Shown here: positions 28,207-36,226 of the stretch, one piece after another | How the letters are laid out: every line of letters starts with the position of its first letter | Numbering within the stretch: position 1 is the first letter of the stretch | Source of the DNA: Candidatus Stercoripulliclostridium merdipullorum | GTDB lineage: Bacteria; Bacillota; Clostridia; Christensenellales; DTU072 | Assembly: GCA_018713745.1 (NCBI GenBank) | Contig: DVOH01000057.1 | Location: forward strand, 6,544 to 70,543 | Length of the DNA: 64,000 nt | Direction of reading: 5' to 3' | Made by a program: the position numbers and the translations under genes | Notes under the pieces: model-generated | The model's database searches: none | What the model was told of the DNA's origin: nothing | What the model saw: only the letters and a program-made list of their open reading frames with translations

Positions 28207-29070
28207 ATGTTCGGATACGTTTCGGTCGACAAACCCAATATCCGCATGAAAGATTTTGCGCTGTACCGTGCGCATTATTGCGGACTGTGCAAAAGTATCG
28301 GCAAGAAGACGTGCAGTCAGTGCATGCGCTTTACGGTCAATTACGATATCGCGTTTTTGTCGTTGGTGGCGCACAACTATGCCAAGCTGACGCCCGCGAT
28401 CAAAGAAGAGCGTTGTATCGCGCATCCTCTCGGCAGAAAGTTTCCCGTCGTGCAGAACAATCGCGTTCAGGAAAAAATCGTTGACGTCAACACCGTTCTC
28501 GGATATTATAAGGTTAACGATGACGTTCTGGACGGCGGCGGGCTGAAATATCGCCTGGCAAGAGCGTTTCTCCGTCCCAAGTTTCGCAAAGCCGAGGCAA
28601 GGACGGGCGAACTGAGCAAAGCCGTTGCCGAGCATTACCGCGCCCTCCGAAAACTGGAAGAAGGGCGTTGCCAAAACGTCGATCTGCTTGCCGAAACGTT
28701 TGCGGGGACGATGGTCGCCATCGCGCGGGAAACCCTCGATCGGTGCGACGGAATTGCCGAAGAATTGTTTTTTCATCTCGGCAAATGGATCTATATGATT
28801 GACGCCTACGACGACCTCGAGCGGGATCGGAAGCAACAAAAATTCAATCCGTATCTGCTTGCCGAAGCCGAGCGGGGCAAAGAAGCCGTTGCCGAAACCG
28901 CAAGGTTTGCGATGCTCGAGGAGATCGACAAAATTGTCAAAGCCTATGACGGGATGGACATTACCGTCAGCGAAGGACCGCTGTCCAACATCATTTACTT
29001 AGGGCTCCGTCAACGGACGGAAACCGTACTCGACAGGAGAGATCAAAAATGCCGAAGGACCCTTTTGTAA
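28207..29070 (+). CDS. DUF5685-like protein (N-terminal Cys cluster)
   Basis: MFGYVSVDKP...YRAHYCGLCKSIGKKTCSQCMRF..NYDIAFL matches my memory of the DUF5685 family N-terminus. Starts 2 nt after trpS. Confidence 0.55.
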   Translation: MFGYVSVDKPNIRMKDFALYRAHYCGLCKSIGKKTCSQCMRFTVNYDIAFLSLVAHNYAKLTPAIKEERCIAHPLGRKFPVVQNNRVQEKIVDVNTVLGYYKVNDDVLDGGGLKYRLARAFLRPKFRKAEARTGELSKAVAEHYRALRKLEEGRCQNVDLLAETFAGTMVAIARETLDRCDGIAEELFFHLGKWIYMIDAYDDLERDRKQQKFNPYLLAEAERGKEAVAETARFAMLEEIDKIVKAYDGMDITVSEGPLSNIIYLGLRQRTETVLDRRDQKCRRTLL

Positions 29071-29690
29071 TACTCGGAGTAAGCGATCAGGTTACCCAAA
29101 ACGAGCTTTATGAAGCGTATACCGAAATGCGTCGCCGTTATGAAGAAAAACGGTTCAGCCCCGGAAAAGAGGGGGAGGAAGCCTGCGAAAAGCTGCAGGA
29201 AATCGACGACGCATACCGCGACGCCAACGAAATTCTGAAGACGCGTTACTTTGTTTCCAACTTCAGCAATCCTTTGCAGGAAGCCGACGACCTGATCCGT
29301 CAAGGGAAGATGTCGGAGGCGCAGGACGTTTTGGACCGTGCGACGGAACGTACGGCGGAGTGGCACTATCTGCAATCGATGATTTTCTACAAAAAAGGTT
29401 GGGCGGGCGAAGCGCGCACCCAACTGAAAATGGCAGTCGATCTCGAGCCCGGCAATCCCCGCTATACCGACGCCCTCAACGCGATGGATCGCAAGGCGCA
29501 GGGGCAGGATCGCTACCGCGCGAACGACGATCGCAGATATTATTCCGATCAGTACGGTGACGGACGGAGTTACCGCGGAGATGTTCCGACGGGCGCAAGG
29601 GGCTGCACGCCGTGCGATTGCTGTTCTTCGCTGATTTGCGCCGATTGCTGTTGCGAATGTATGGGCGGCGATCTGATCAGCTGCTGTTAG
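29049..29690 (+). CDS. J-like domain protein lacking HPD, with TPR-like middle and cysteine-string C-terminus
   Basis: DPFVILGVS...ELYEAY..MRRRYEEKRFSPGKEG...IDDAYRDA has a J-domain layout, but FSP replaces HPD. The tail is GCTPCDCCSSLICADCCCECMGGDLISCC (12 Cys in the last 28 aa). AGGAGAG lies upstream, with a 22-nt overlap with the previous gene. Confidence 0.65.
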   Translation: MPKDPFVILGVSDQVTQNELYEAYTEMRRRYEEKRFSPGKEGEEACEKLQEIDDAYRDANEILKTRYFVSNFSNPLQEADDLIRQGKMSEAQDVLDRATERTAEWHYLQSMIFYKKGWAGEARTQLKMAVDLEPGNPRYTDALNAMDRKAQGQDRYRANDDRRYYSDQYGDGRSYRGDVPTGARGCTPCDCCSSLICADCCCECMGGDLISCC

Positions 29691-29693
29691 ACG

Positions 29694-30245
29694 ATGAGAA
29701 GGCAGCGCTTCAGTGCTAAAAAAATAGCCTTGGCGGCAGTCGGGGCGGCAATTTCGCTTTTGGGCGTCATCGCTTCGTTTTATATCGGCAATCTGACGCT
29801 GACGTTCAATGTTTTGGCTGCGGCGGGATTGCTCCTGCCCCTGTCCCAGAAGTGCTACCGCGAGTCGGTGTTGGCATACGTTGCCGTTTGCGGACTGGGC
29901 GCAATCTTTGCAAACGTCAAGATTCTGACCTTTGTTTTGGTAACGGGTCTGTATACCATCCTGACGGTTGCGGCGGAAGATAAAAATTTGAAGTGGTGGA
30001 TTGCCTATCCCGTAAAAATTATTTACGCCTGTTTTACGTTCTGCGTTTTTTATTATCTGACGAGCATTCTTGTCGTCGATCTCGAACGGTTGGGGATTGC
30101 CGATTGGAAAGGCTCAACGCTTTATCTCGTATTCAACGTCATATACGTTGCGGCATTTTTGATTTACGACGCCTTGCTGTTGTGGTGCAATCGCTATCTC
30201 CGCCCCGTGATTCGCAAAGCCGCCAAACTTCCGCCCGAAGAATAG
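29694..30245 (+). CDS. Polytopic membrane protein of unknown function
   Basis: About five hydrophobic helices. Starts 3 nt after the J-like gene. Confidence 0.55.
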   Translation: MRRQRFSAKKIALAAVGAAISLLGVIASFYIGNLTLTFNVLAAAGLLLPLSQKCYRESVLAYVAVCGLGAIFANVKILTFVLVTGLYTILTVAAEDKNLKWWIAYPVKIIYACFTFCVFYYLTSILVVDLERLGIADWKGSTLYLVFNVIYVAAFLIYDALLLWCNRYLRPVIRKAAKLPPEE

Positions 30246-30255
30246 GGCGGTTTTT

Positions 30256-30624
30256 TTAACGCTTGATTTTCAGATTTTCGGCGCCGGTCAGCATGATATC
30301 GTTGAATTTTTCGTTGATCAGCCGATAATAGATAATTTTTCCCGTGCGTCTGGTGTCGACCATGCCGGCGTCGCGTAACAGTTTCAGCTGATGCGATACC
30401 GTGGTCTGGTTGAGTTCCAAGAGCCCCGCAAGATCGCTGACGCAAAGTTCCGAGATGGCAAGCGCAGACAACATTTTGACGCGCGTAACGTCCGAAAACA
30501 GACTGAAAAAATTGCACATTTCACTGAGAATTTCGTTGGAAGGCAGATACGTTCTGATCAGCACTTCGACCTCATCCGACACAATTTTGTTGCACACGGC
30601 GTCCCTCGCGTTTTTTTTCATCAT
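30256..30624 (-). CDS. ArsR/SmtB-family metalloregulator
   Basis: Winged-helix block ELCVSDLAGLLELNQTTVSHQLKLLRDAGMV..RR.GK..YY.L. A CVS motif sits at the alpha-3 position. Confidence 0.85.
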   Translation of the reverse strand: MMKKNARDAVCNKIVSDEVEVLIRTYLPSNEILSEMCNFFSLFSDVTRVKMLSALAISELCVSDLAGLLELNQTTVSHQLKLLRDAGMVDTRRTGKIIYYRLINEKFNDIMLTGAENLKIKR

Positions 30625-30703
30625 AAATCCTTCCGCATTACGAACATCGGCTGCTTTTGTTGCATATTGTAAAGTACCGACTTATTTTGCCGAAGGAGGG
30701 CTT

Positions 30704-30883
30704 ATGAACAACTCCACGTTAGCAATCCTGTTGATCCTGTTGCTCGGGGGCGGCAGCGGCAACGACGATCCCGCTTGCAATACCACGACGACGCTTGCGC
30801 TGTGCCTGTGTATTCTTTGCATGGGATGCCCGTCCGACAATTCTTGCGGAGGGACAGGCTTCGGGACCTGCGGTTCGATTTGA
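30704..30883 (+). CDS. Unannotated Cys-rich 59-aa hydrophobic peptide
   Basis: ATG at 30704 lies 4 nt after GAAGGAGGG and is in frame with the tail of track ORF 30401..30883. Sequence: MNNSTLAILLILLLGGGSGNDDPACNTTTTLALCLCILCMGCPSDNSCGGTGFGTCGSI (7 Cys). Divergent from the ArsR gene. Confidence 0.5.
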   Translation: MNNSTLAILLILLLGGGSGNDDPACNTTTTLALCLCILCMGCPSDNSCGGTGFGTCGSI

Positions 30884-30924
30884 CATCGCCATTCACCCGT
30901 GATACAATAAATCCGAGGTGAATT

Positions 30925-31614
30925 ATGGTCAGTCTGGGCAACGATTGGGACGAAATTCTGAGGAGCGTTTTTGAAAGTTCGACGTATCGCGACTTGCGGA
31001 CGTTTCTTGCCGAAGAATATCGCACGACAACCGTTTATCCCGATATGTACGATATCTTCAATGCCCTCAAAGCAACCGCTTGTCAAGACGTCAAAGTCGT
31101 TATTCTCGGTCAGGATCCTTATCACAACCCGGGGGAGGCGCACGGGATGAGCTTTTCGGTGCGCCCCGGGGTGCGGACGCCGCCTTCTTTGCAAAACATA
31201 TTTAAAGAGCTTCAGGCGGATTTGGGTACTTATATTCCGAACAACGGATACCTGATGCACTGGGCGGAGCAAGGCGTGTTGCTGCTTAACACCGTCCTTA
31301 CGGTGCGGAAAAACCAACCGATGTCGCATCGCAACAAGGGCTGGGAACAAGTGACGGACGCCGTGATCCGCGCCCTGAACGAGCGGGAGGATCCCGTCAT
31401 TTTTCTGCTGTGGGGTGCGCCCGCCCGCGCCAAAAAAGCATTGATTACCAATGCGCGACATTATGTGCTGGAAGCGCCGCACCCTTCGCCGCTTTCGGCG
31501 CATTACGGATTTTTCGGCTGTCGGCACTTCAGCAAAGCCAACCGCCTGCTCGCGTCGATGGGCAAAGCTCCCGTCGACTGGCAGATTCCCAATGTCGATT
31601 TCCGACAAAATTAA
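30925..31614 (+). CDS. ung: Uracil-DNA glycosylase
   Basis: [10 protein letters not shown] water-activating motif and the HPSPLSA leucine-loop motif. Confidence 0.9.
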   Translation: MVSLGNDWDEILRSVFESSTYRDLRTFLAEEYRTTTVYPDMYDIFNALKATACQDVKVVILGQDPYHNPGEAHGMSFSVRPGVRTPPSLQNIFKELQADLGTYIPNNGYLMHWAEQGVLLLNTVLTVRKNQPMSHRNKGWEQVTDAVIRALNEREDPVIFLLWGAPARAKKALITNARHYVLEAPHPSPLSAHYGFFGCRHFSKANRLLASMGKAPVDWQIPNVDFRQN

Positions 31615-31637
31615 GCAAGCCCGGCTTGCTTTTTTTG
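31613..31637 (+). terminator. Intrinsic terminator after ung
   Basis: GCAAGC CCG GCTTGC hairpin followed by TTTTTTT. Confidence 0.6.
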
Positions 31638-31639
31638 TA

Positions 31640-31668
31640 TTGTAAAGCGTTTTTGTATATGTTATAAT
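31640..31668 (+). promoter_or_regulatory. Sigma-A-like promoter of nadE
   Basis: TTGTAA, 17-nt spacer ending in TGt, TATAAT (31663-31668). Confidence 0.55.
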
Positions 31669-31707
31669 AAGCAATAGATATCCGATTCAGACCAAGGAGG
31701 CCGACTG

Positions 31708-32436
31708 ATGGAATTTGAAAAGACCGTATTAGAGCGGGTCAATTGGATCAAAGAAATTTTGGCAGAGGCCGGTGCAAAGGGCATTGTGCTCGGGATGAGC
31801 GGCGGCAAAGACAGCGCGCTGGTCGGCATTTTGTGCCGGATGGCAACGCCCAACGTGACGGGGATCATTATGCCTTGTCAATCGCGGCGCAATCTCGGCG
31901 AAGACCGCGATCACGCGTTGATACTCAACGAAAAATTCGATATTCAGACGTTGGAGGTCGATCTTACGCCCGTCAAAGAAGCGTTTGAAACGGTATTGCT
32001 TCCGTTGGACGCCAATCAGAATCCCATGGCATACGCCAACATCAACCCGCGTCTCAGAATGATCTGCCTTTACAACTATGCCCAGCGCCGCAATTATCTG
32101 GTCGCCGGAACGGGAAATCGCAGTGAGCTGACGATGGGTTATTTCACCAAATGGGGGGACGGCGCGTTCGATCTCAACCCGATTGCCGATCTGACGGTCA
32201 GCGAAGTGTACAAATTGCTGCGCTATCTCGATTGCCCCGAAGAAATTATCAAAAAACCGCCCTCAGCCGCATTGTATGACGGGCAGACCGACGAGGAAGA
32301 GATGGGGATCCGATATGCCGACCTCGATCGCTATATTTTGACCGGGGAAGCGACGCCCGAGGTCAAGGCAAAGGTTGACCGCGCCGAGTACCGTACCGAA
32401 CACAAGCGTTCGCTCGGCAGAATGTTTCCCCGCTGA
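31708..32436 (+). CDS. nadE: Ammonia-dependent NAD+ synthetase
   Basis: GMSGGKDSAL PP-loop and the GYFTKWGDG motif. Confidence 0.9.
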   Translation: MEFEKTVLERVNWIKEILAEAGAKGIVLGMSGGKDSALVGILCRMATPNVTGIIMPCQSRRNLGEDRDHALILNEKFDIQTLEVDLTPVKEAFETVLLPLDANQNPMAYANINPRLRMICLYNYAQRRNYLVAGTGNRSELTMGYFTKWGDGAFDLNPIADLTVSEVYKLLRYLDCPEEIIKKPPSAALYDGQTDEEEMGIRYADLDRYILTGEATPEVKAKVDRAEYRTEHKRSLGRMFPR

Positions 32437-32463
32437 CCACGATTCTTTTAACGGAGAAAATAT

Positions 32464-32817
32464 ATGAAAATCAAAGAAGTTGTTTCCATTCTTGACGGAA
32501 AAGTCTGCTGTTGCGAAAACCTTCTGGACAACGAAGTGTTTTCCGCCTGTGCCTCCGATATGATGAGCGACGTACTTGCTTTTGTCAAAGATCAGTCGCT
32601 GCTGCTGTCGGGGCTTTGCAATCCGCAGGTGATCCGCACGGCAGATATGCTGGATATCCGCTGTGTCGCGCTGGTGCGCGGCAAGACGCCGAGTCCCGAT
32701 ATGATCGCGCTTGCAGAACAAAAGGGCATTGTGATTTTGTCGAGTAATCTCAGGATGTTTCTTGCATGCGGACTGCTGTATCAGGCGGGACTGCAGCCCG
32801 GAGAGGTCATTTTATGA
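32464..32817 (+). CDS. DRTGG-domain protein (copy 1)
   Basis: 117 aa. The layout (..ASDMMSDVL..., L.SGL.N.QVIRTA....I..V...RGK.P....I..A......VL) is typical of stand-alone DRTGG proteins found next to hydrogenase genes. Confidence 0.65.
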   Translation: MKIKEVVSILDGKVCCCENLLDNEVFSACASDMMSDVLAFVKDQSLLLSGLCNPQVIRTADMLDIRCVALVRGKTPSPDMIALAEQKGIVILSSNLRMFLACGLLYQAGLQPGEVIL

Positions 32818-33242
32818 CCGCCATTCATCAGGAATACGAAGTACTGGGCAACAATTTCGTATCGGCGGGCAGCGCGAGCGACGAGGTCAAAAAGACGCTG
32901 AAAATGTTGGGGATCGACCCGATGATCATTCGTCGCATCGCCATCGCGATGTACGAAGGCGAAATCAATATGGTGATTCACGCCGGAGGCGGCAGAGCGA
33001 TCGTTGACATCGATCCCGACAAAATCAAAGTGGTGCTCAAAGATCAGGGATCCGGGATCGCCGATATCGAACTTGCAATGAAGGACGGCTATTCCACCGC
33101 ACCCGACAACATCCGCTCGATGGGCTTCGGCGCGGGGATGGGTCTGCCGAATATGAAAAAATACACCGACCGCTTCCGCATCGAAAGCGAAGTCGGGGTC
33201 GGGACCGAAGTAACGCTGGAAGTCGATTTCAACGAAAAATAG
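32814..33242 (+). CDS. RsbW-like GHKL ATPase (anti-sigma-factor/Ser kinase-type)
   Basis: Start at MTAIHQEY with an ATGA overlap. Has the N box YEGEINMVIHA and G boxes DQGSGI and GFGAGMGLPN. No DHp or sensor domain. Confidence 0.7.
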   Translation: MTAIHQEYEVLGNNFVSAGSASDEVKKTLKMLGIDPMIIRRIAIAMYEGEINMVIHAGGGRAIVDIDPDKIKVVLKDQGSGIADIELAMKDGYSTAPDNIRSMGFGAGMGLPNMKKYTDRFRIESEVGVGTEVTLEVDFNEK

Positions 33243-33260
33243 GTTCCGCGAGAGGGCGTT

Positions 33261-34505
33261 ATGGATAAAAGTTTGCATACGGTTACGCTGGATTCCGAGA
33301 AGTGCAAAGGTTGCATCGCCTGTATGAAGCGGTGTCCGACCGAAGCAATCCGCGTGCGCGGCGGAAAGGCGAAAGTTTTGTACGATCGTTGCGTGGGATG
33401 CGGCGAATGTGTCAGAATTTGCCCCAACCAGGCAAAGCTGCCTTCTTACGATCCGTTTGAAATGATCGAGCGGTTCAAATACCGCGTGGCGGTGCCCGCG
33501 CCGTCTTTGTACGGGCAATTCAACAATCTGACCGACATCGATACCGTCCTTAACGGGCTGTTGGAGATCGGGTTTGACGACGTGTTCGAAGTATCGCGCG
33601 GCGCCGAACTGATCACCGAAGTCAGCCGTAAAGTCATTGCCGAAAACAAGATCAAACGACCCGTAATCAGTACGGCTTGCCCTGCGATTGTCGAGCTGAT
33701 CATGGTGCGCTATCACGACCTTGCCGATCATCTTTTGGATCTGCAGGCCCCCGTTGATATAGCCTTGCGCCTGGCGCGGGAGGAAGCGATACAAAAAGGG
33801 ATTCCGGCAGAGGATATCGGCGTGTTTTTTATTTCGCCTTGTCCCGCCAAGGTTTTTGCGTTAAAAACGGGGCTGGGGCTGAAAGCGCCTTCGGCAGACG
33901 GCGTCTTGTCGATCTCGGAAGTGTATTTTAAGTTGATTTCGGCGATGCCGAAACTCAAGTCGTTGCGTCCGCTGGCAAAGACCGGCATTATCGGACTGCA
34001 GTGGGCTTCCTCGGGCGGAGAAGCGGCAGGGTTGTTTATGGACAAGTATCTTGCCGCGGACGGCGTCGAAAACGCCATCGAGATTCTCAACGAAATCGAC
34101 AACGAAAAACTCAACTACATCGACTTTGTCGAGCTGAACGCCTGCGCCGGCGGTTGCGTGGGCGGGGTGCTGAATATCGAAAACCCGTTTGTCGCCAAAG
34201 CGCGGATCCGGAGTTTGCGCCGCAATCTGCAGCTTGCGCGCAACAACGTTGCCGAAACCGACAAGCCGCTCTCGTATTTCCGATGGGAAGTCGCGCCCGA
34301 AATCAAAGACGTTTACCGTCTGGACGAAGACCGAATGCTTGCACTCGAAAAGATGAAGGCAATCGACGCGATTACCAAAAGCCTTCCCAATCTCGATTGC
34401 GGAAGTTGCGGCGCCCCGAGTTGCAGGGCATTTGCCGAGGACGTGGTCAACGGCGAGATCGACAGAAAAGCCTGTGTAAGGGAGAATCATCCGTATGAAA
34501 CTTGA
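33261..34505 (+). CDS. HydS-like [FeFe]-hydrogenase homologue (two ferredoxin clusters + H-domain + C-terminal Cys4 motif)
   Basis: Two ferredoxin motifs (CKGCIACMKRCP and CVGCGECVRICP). H-cluster-like motifs ISTACPAIV, FISPCPAKV and ELNACAGGCVGG. C-terminal CGSCGAPSC-x16-C. Confidence 0.75.
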   Translation: MDKSLHTVTLDSEKCKGCIACMKRCPTEAIRVRGGKAKVLYDRCVGCGECVRICPNQAKLPSYDPFEMIERFKYRVAVPAPSLYGQFNNLTDIDTVLNGLLEIGFDDVFEVSRGAELITEVSRKVIAENKIKRPVISTACPAIVELIMVRYHDLADHLLDLQAPVDIALRLAREEAIQKGIPAEDIGVFFISPCPAKVFALKTGLGLKAPSADGVLSISEVYFKLISAMPKLKSLRPLAKTGIIGLQWASSGGEAAGLFMDKYLAADGVENAIEILNEIDNEKLNYIDFVELNACAGGCVGGVLNIENPFVAKARIRSLRRNLQLARNNVAETDKPLSYFRWEVAPEIKDVYRLDEDRMLALEKMKAIDAITKSLPNLDCGSCGAPSCRAFAEDVVNGEIDRKACVRENHPYET

Positions 34506-34812
34506 AGAACTGGTCAAAAGACTGGATGCCGAAGTCCTCAATGCCGCCGAGCCTCTCCGCGAAATCGAAGGGGGATACTGCGGCGATTTTCTGAGCTTTG
34601 TGATGAGCCGCGCGCCCGAAGGTTCGGCGTGGTTTACGGTGATGAGCAACGTCAACGTCATTGCCGTTGCGGTCCTTGCCGAAGTCGGCGCCGTCGTCTT
34701 GTGCGAAGGGGTCAGACCCGATCCCGCCATGCTCGAAAAGGCGCGGAGCGAAAACATAACGGTGATCGCGACCAAACTGCCGGCATTCGAAGCGGTACTG
34801 CGATACAATTAA
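34495..34812 (+). CDS. DRTGG-domain protein (copy 2)
   Basis: 105 aa, same domain layout as 32464-32817. Has an 11-nt overlap with the preceding gene. Confidence 0.65.
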   Translation: MKLEELVKRLDAEVLNAAEPLREIEGGYCGDFLSFVMSRAPEGSAWFTVMSNVNVIAVAVLAEVGAVVLCEGVRPDPAMLEKARSENITVIATKLPAFEAVLRYN

Positions 34813-34825
34813 GGAGCGGAGTGGT

Positions 34826-35521
34826 ATGAAATTCAATTACGATTTTCATATCCACAGCGCGTTGTCGCCTTGCGCCGACAACGATATGACGCCGATCAAC
34901 ATTGTCGCGGCGGCGAGTGCGGTCGGACTGGAGATGATTGCCGTTGCCGATCATAACGCCATCGCCAACGTCAAGGCGGCAATCGAAGTGGGCAAAATGC
35001 TCGACGTAACGGTCGTGCCCGCTATGGAATTGCAGACGGCGGAAGATATCCATATCCTGTGTCTGTTCCCGACCTACGAAAAGCTCGAAGCGTTTTACGA
35101 AAGTTTAGAGTTTCCCGCCATCGAAAACCGATCCGAAATTTTCGGACAGCAGCTGATTTATGACCTTGACAACGAGGTCTGCGGTTATGAGCCGCGCATG
35201 CTGCTCGCTTCGGCAACGGTTTCGGAATACGAAGTCGGAGAGCTTGCCGAACGCTTTGACGGGATCGCGGTGCCTGCTCATATCGACCGCGCTTCCAACG
35301 GAATTCTCGCCATCCTCGGATCGCTGCCCGAAGGGTATACGGCGGTCGAACTCAGCTATCGTTGTCCGCCCGACGCGGGCGCGCAGTTTCTTAAAGATTA
35401 CAACGTGATTTCCGACTCGGACGCACATTGTCTTGCCGATCTCGGCAAGCGTCGCTTTTTGATCGATCTTCCCGAGCGGAGCGCCGAGGCACTGATCGAA
35501 TATTTGCGCCACAAACGGTAG
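34826..35521 (+). CDS. PHP-domain phosphoesterase
   Basis: The N-terminal DFHIHSALSPCAD and ADHN motifs are characteristic of PHP (polymerase/histidinol phosphatase) metal sites. Confidence 0.8.
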   Translation: MKFNYDFHIHSALSPCADNDMTPINIVAAASAVGLEMIAVADHNAIANVKAAIEVGKMLDVTVVPAMELQTAEDIHILCLFPTYEKLEAFYESLEFPAIENRSEIFGQQLIYDLDNEVCGYEPRMLLASATVSEYEVGELAERFDGIAVPAHIDRASNGILAILGSLPEGYTAVELSYRCPPDAGAQFLKDYNVISDSDAHCLADLGKRRFLIDLPERSAEALIEYLRHKR

Positions 35522-35667
35522 CCTAAGCTACAGTTTTATTTTATTTTTGCACAAATTTGCTTCCCTGTCGGTATGAAACCGGTAAGCCTCCTTTTTCCGG
35601 TTGGCAAATTTTTTCAACGCCGAAAACTGAAAAATACGTTAAATTACTTTAATTTTATTATAGCTTA

Positions 35668-35676
35668 TGCTATAAT
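35668..35676 (+). promoter_or_regulatory. Extended -10 promoter element of the structural hydrogenase operon
   Basis: TGCTATAAT (TGnTATAAT) lies ~47 nt upstream of the hydC ATG in an AT-rich spacer. The -35 is weak (TTTAAT). Confidence 0.45.
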
Positions 35677-35722
35677 GTTTTGGACATCAACGCTTGACGC
35701 GTAACTTTTTTTGGAGGAACAA

Positions 35723-36223
35723 ATGGCAAAAATCAAGTTTTCCAACCTTCCTTTCGTTCCCAAAGCCGAACAAAAAGCCCAATTCGAGGCAAGGCTTGCA
35801 GAACTGAAAGGGGTGCCCGGTGCTCTGATGCCGGCTTTGCAAAGCGCACAAGAGATCTTCGGCTATCTGCCGATCGAAGTGCAAAAGCAAGTCGCCGATG
35901 CTCTCGACGTTTCGTTGGAAGAGGTATTCGGCGTTGCGACGTTCTACTCGCAGTTTACCCTCAACCCCCGCGGCGAATTTCAGGTTGCGGTCTGTCTCGG
36001 GACTGCCTGTTACGTCAAAGGCGCGGGCGATCTCGTTGCCGCAATCCGCAAAAATCTCAATATCGAAGAAGGTTCCGATTGTACCTCCGACGGCAAGTTT
36101 TCGTTGGTGGAAACCCGCTGTATCGGCTGTTGCGGACTCGCACCCGTTCTGACCGTCAACGGTAACGTTTACGGCAAACTTTCCACCGCCGATATCGACG
36201 GTATTCTCGCACAGTACAAGTAA
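35723..36223 (+). CDS. hydC: NuoE-like [2Fe-2S] subunit of NADH-dependent [FeFe] hydrogenase
   Basis: ATG follows GGAGG. Has the thioredoxin-like [2Fe-2S] Cys pattern C.GTAC...C(x3)C (CLGTACYVKG, CIGCCGLAP). Confidence 0.85.
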   Translation: MAKIKFSNLPFVPKAEQKAQFEARLAELKGVPGALMPALQSAQEIFGYLPIEVQKQVADALDVSLEEVFGVATFYSQFTLNPRGEFQVAVCLGTACYVKGAGDLVAAIRKNLNIEEGSDCTSDGKFSLVETRCIGCCGLAPVLTVNGNVYGKLSTADIDGILAQYK

Positions 36224-36226
36224 TTT

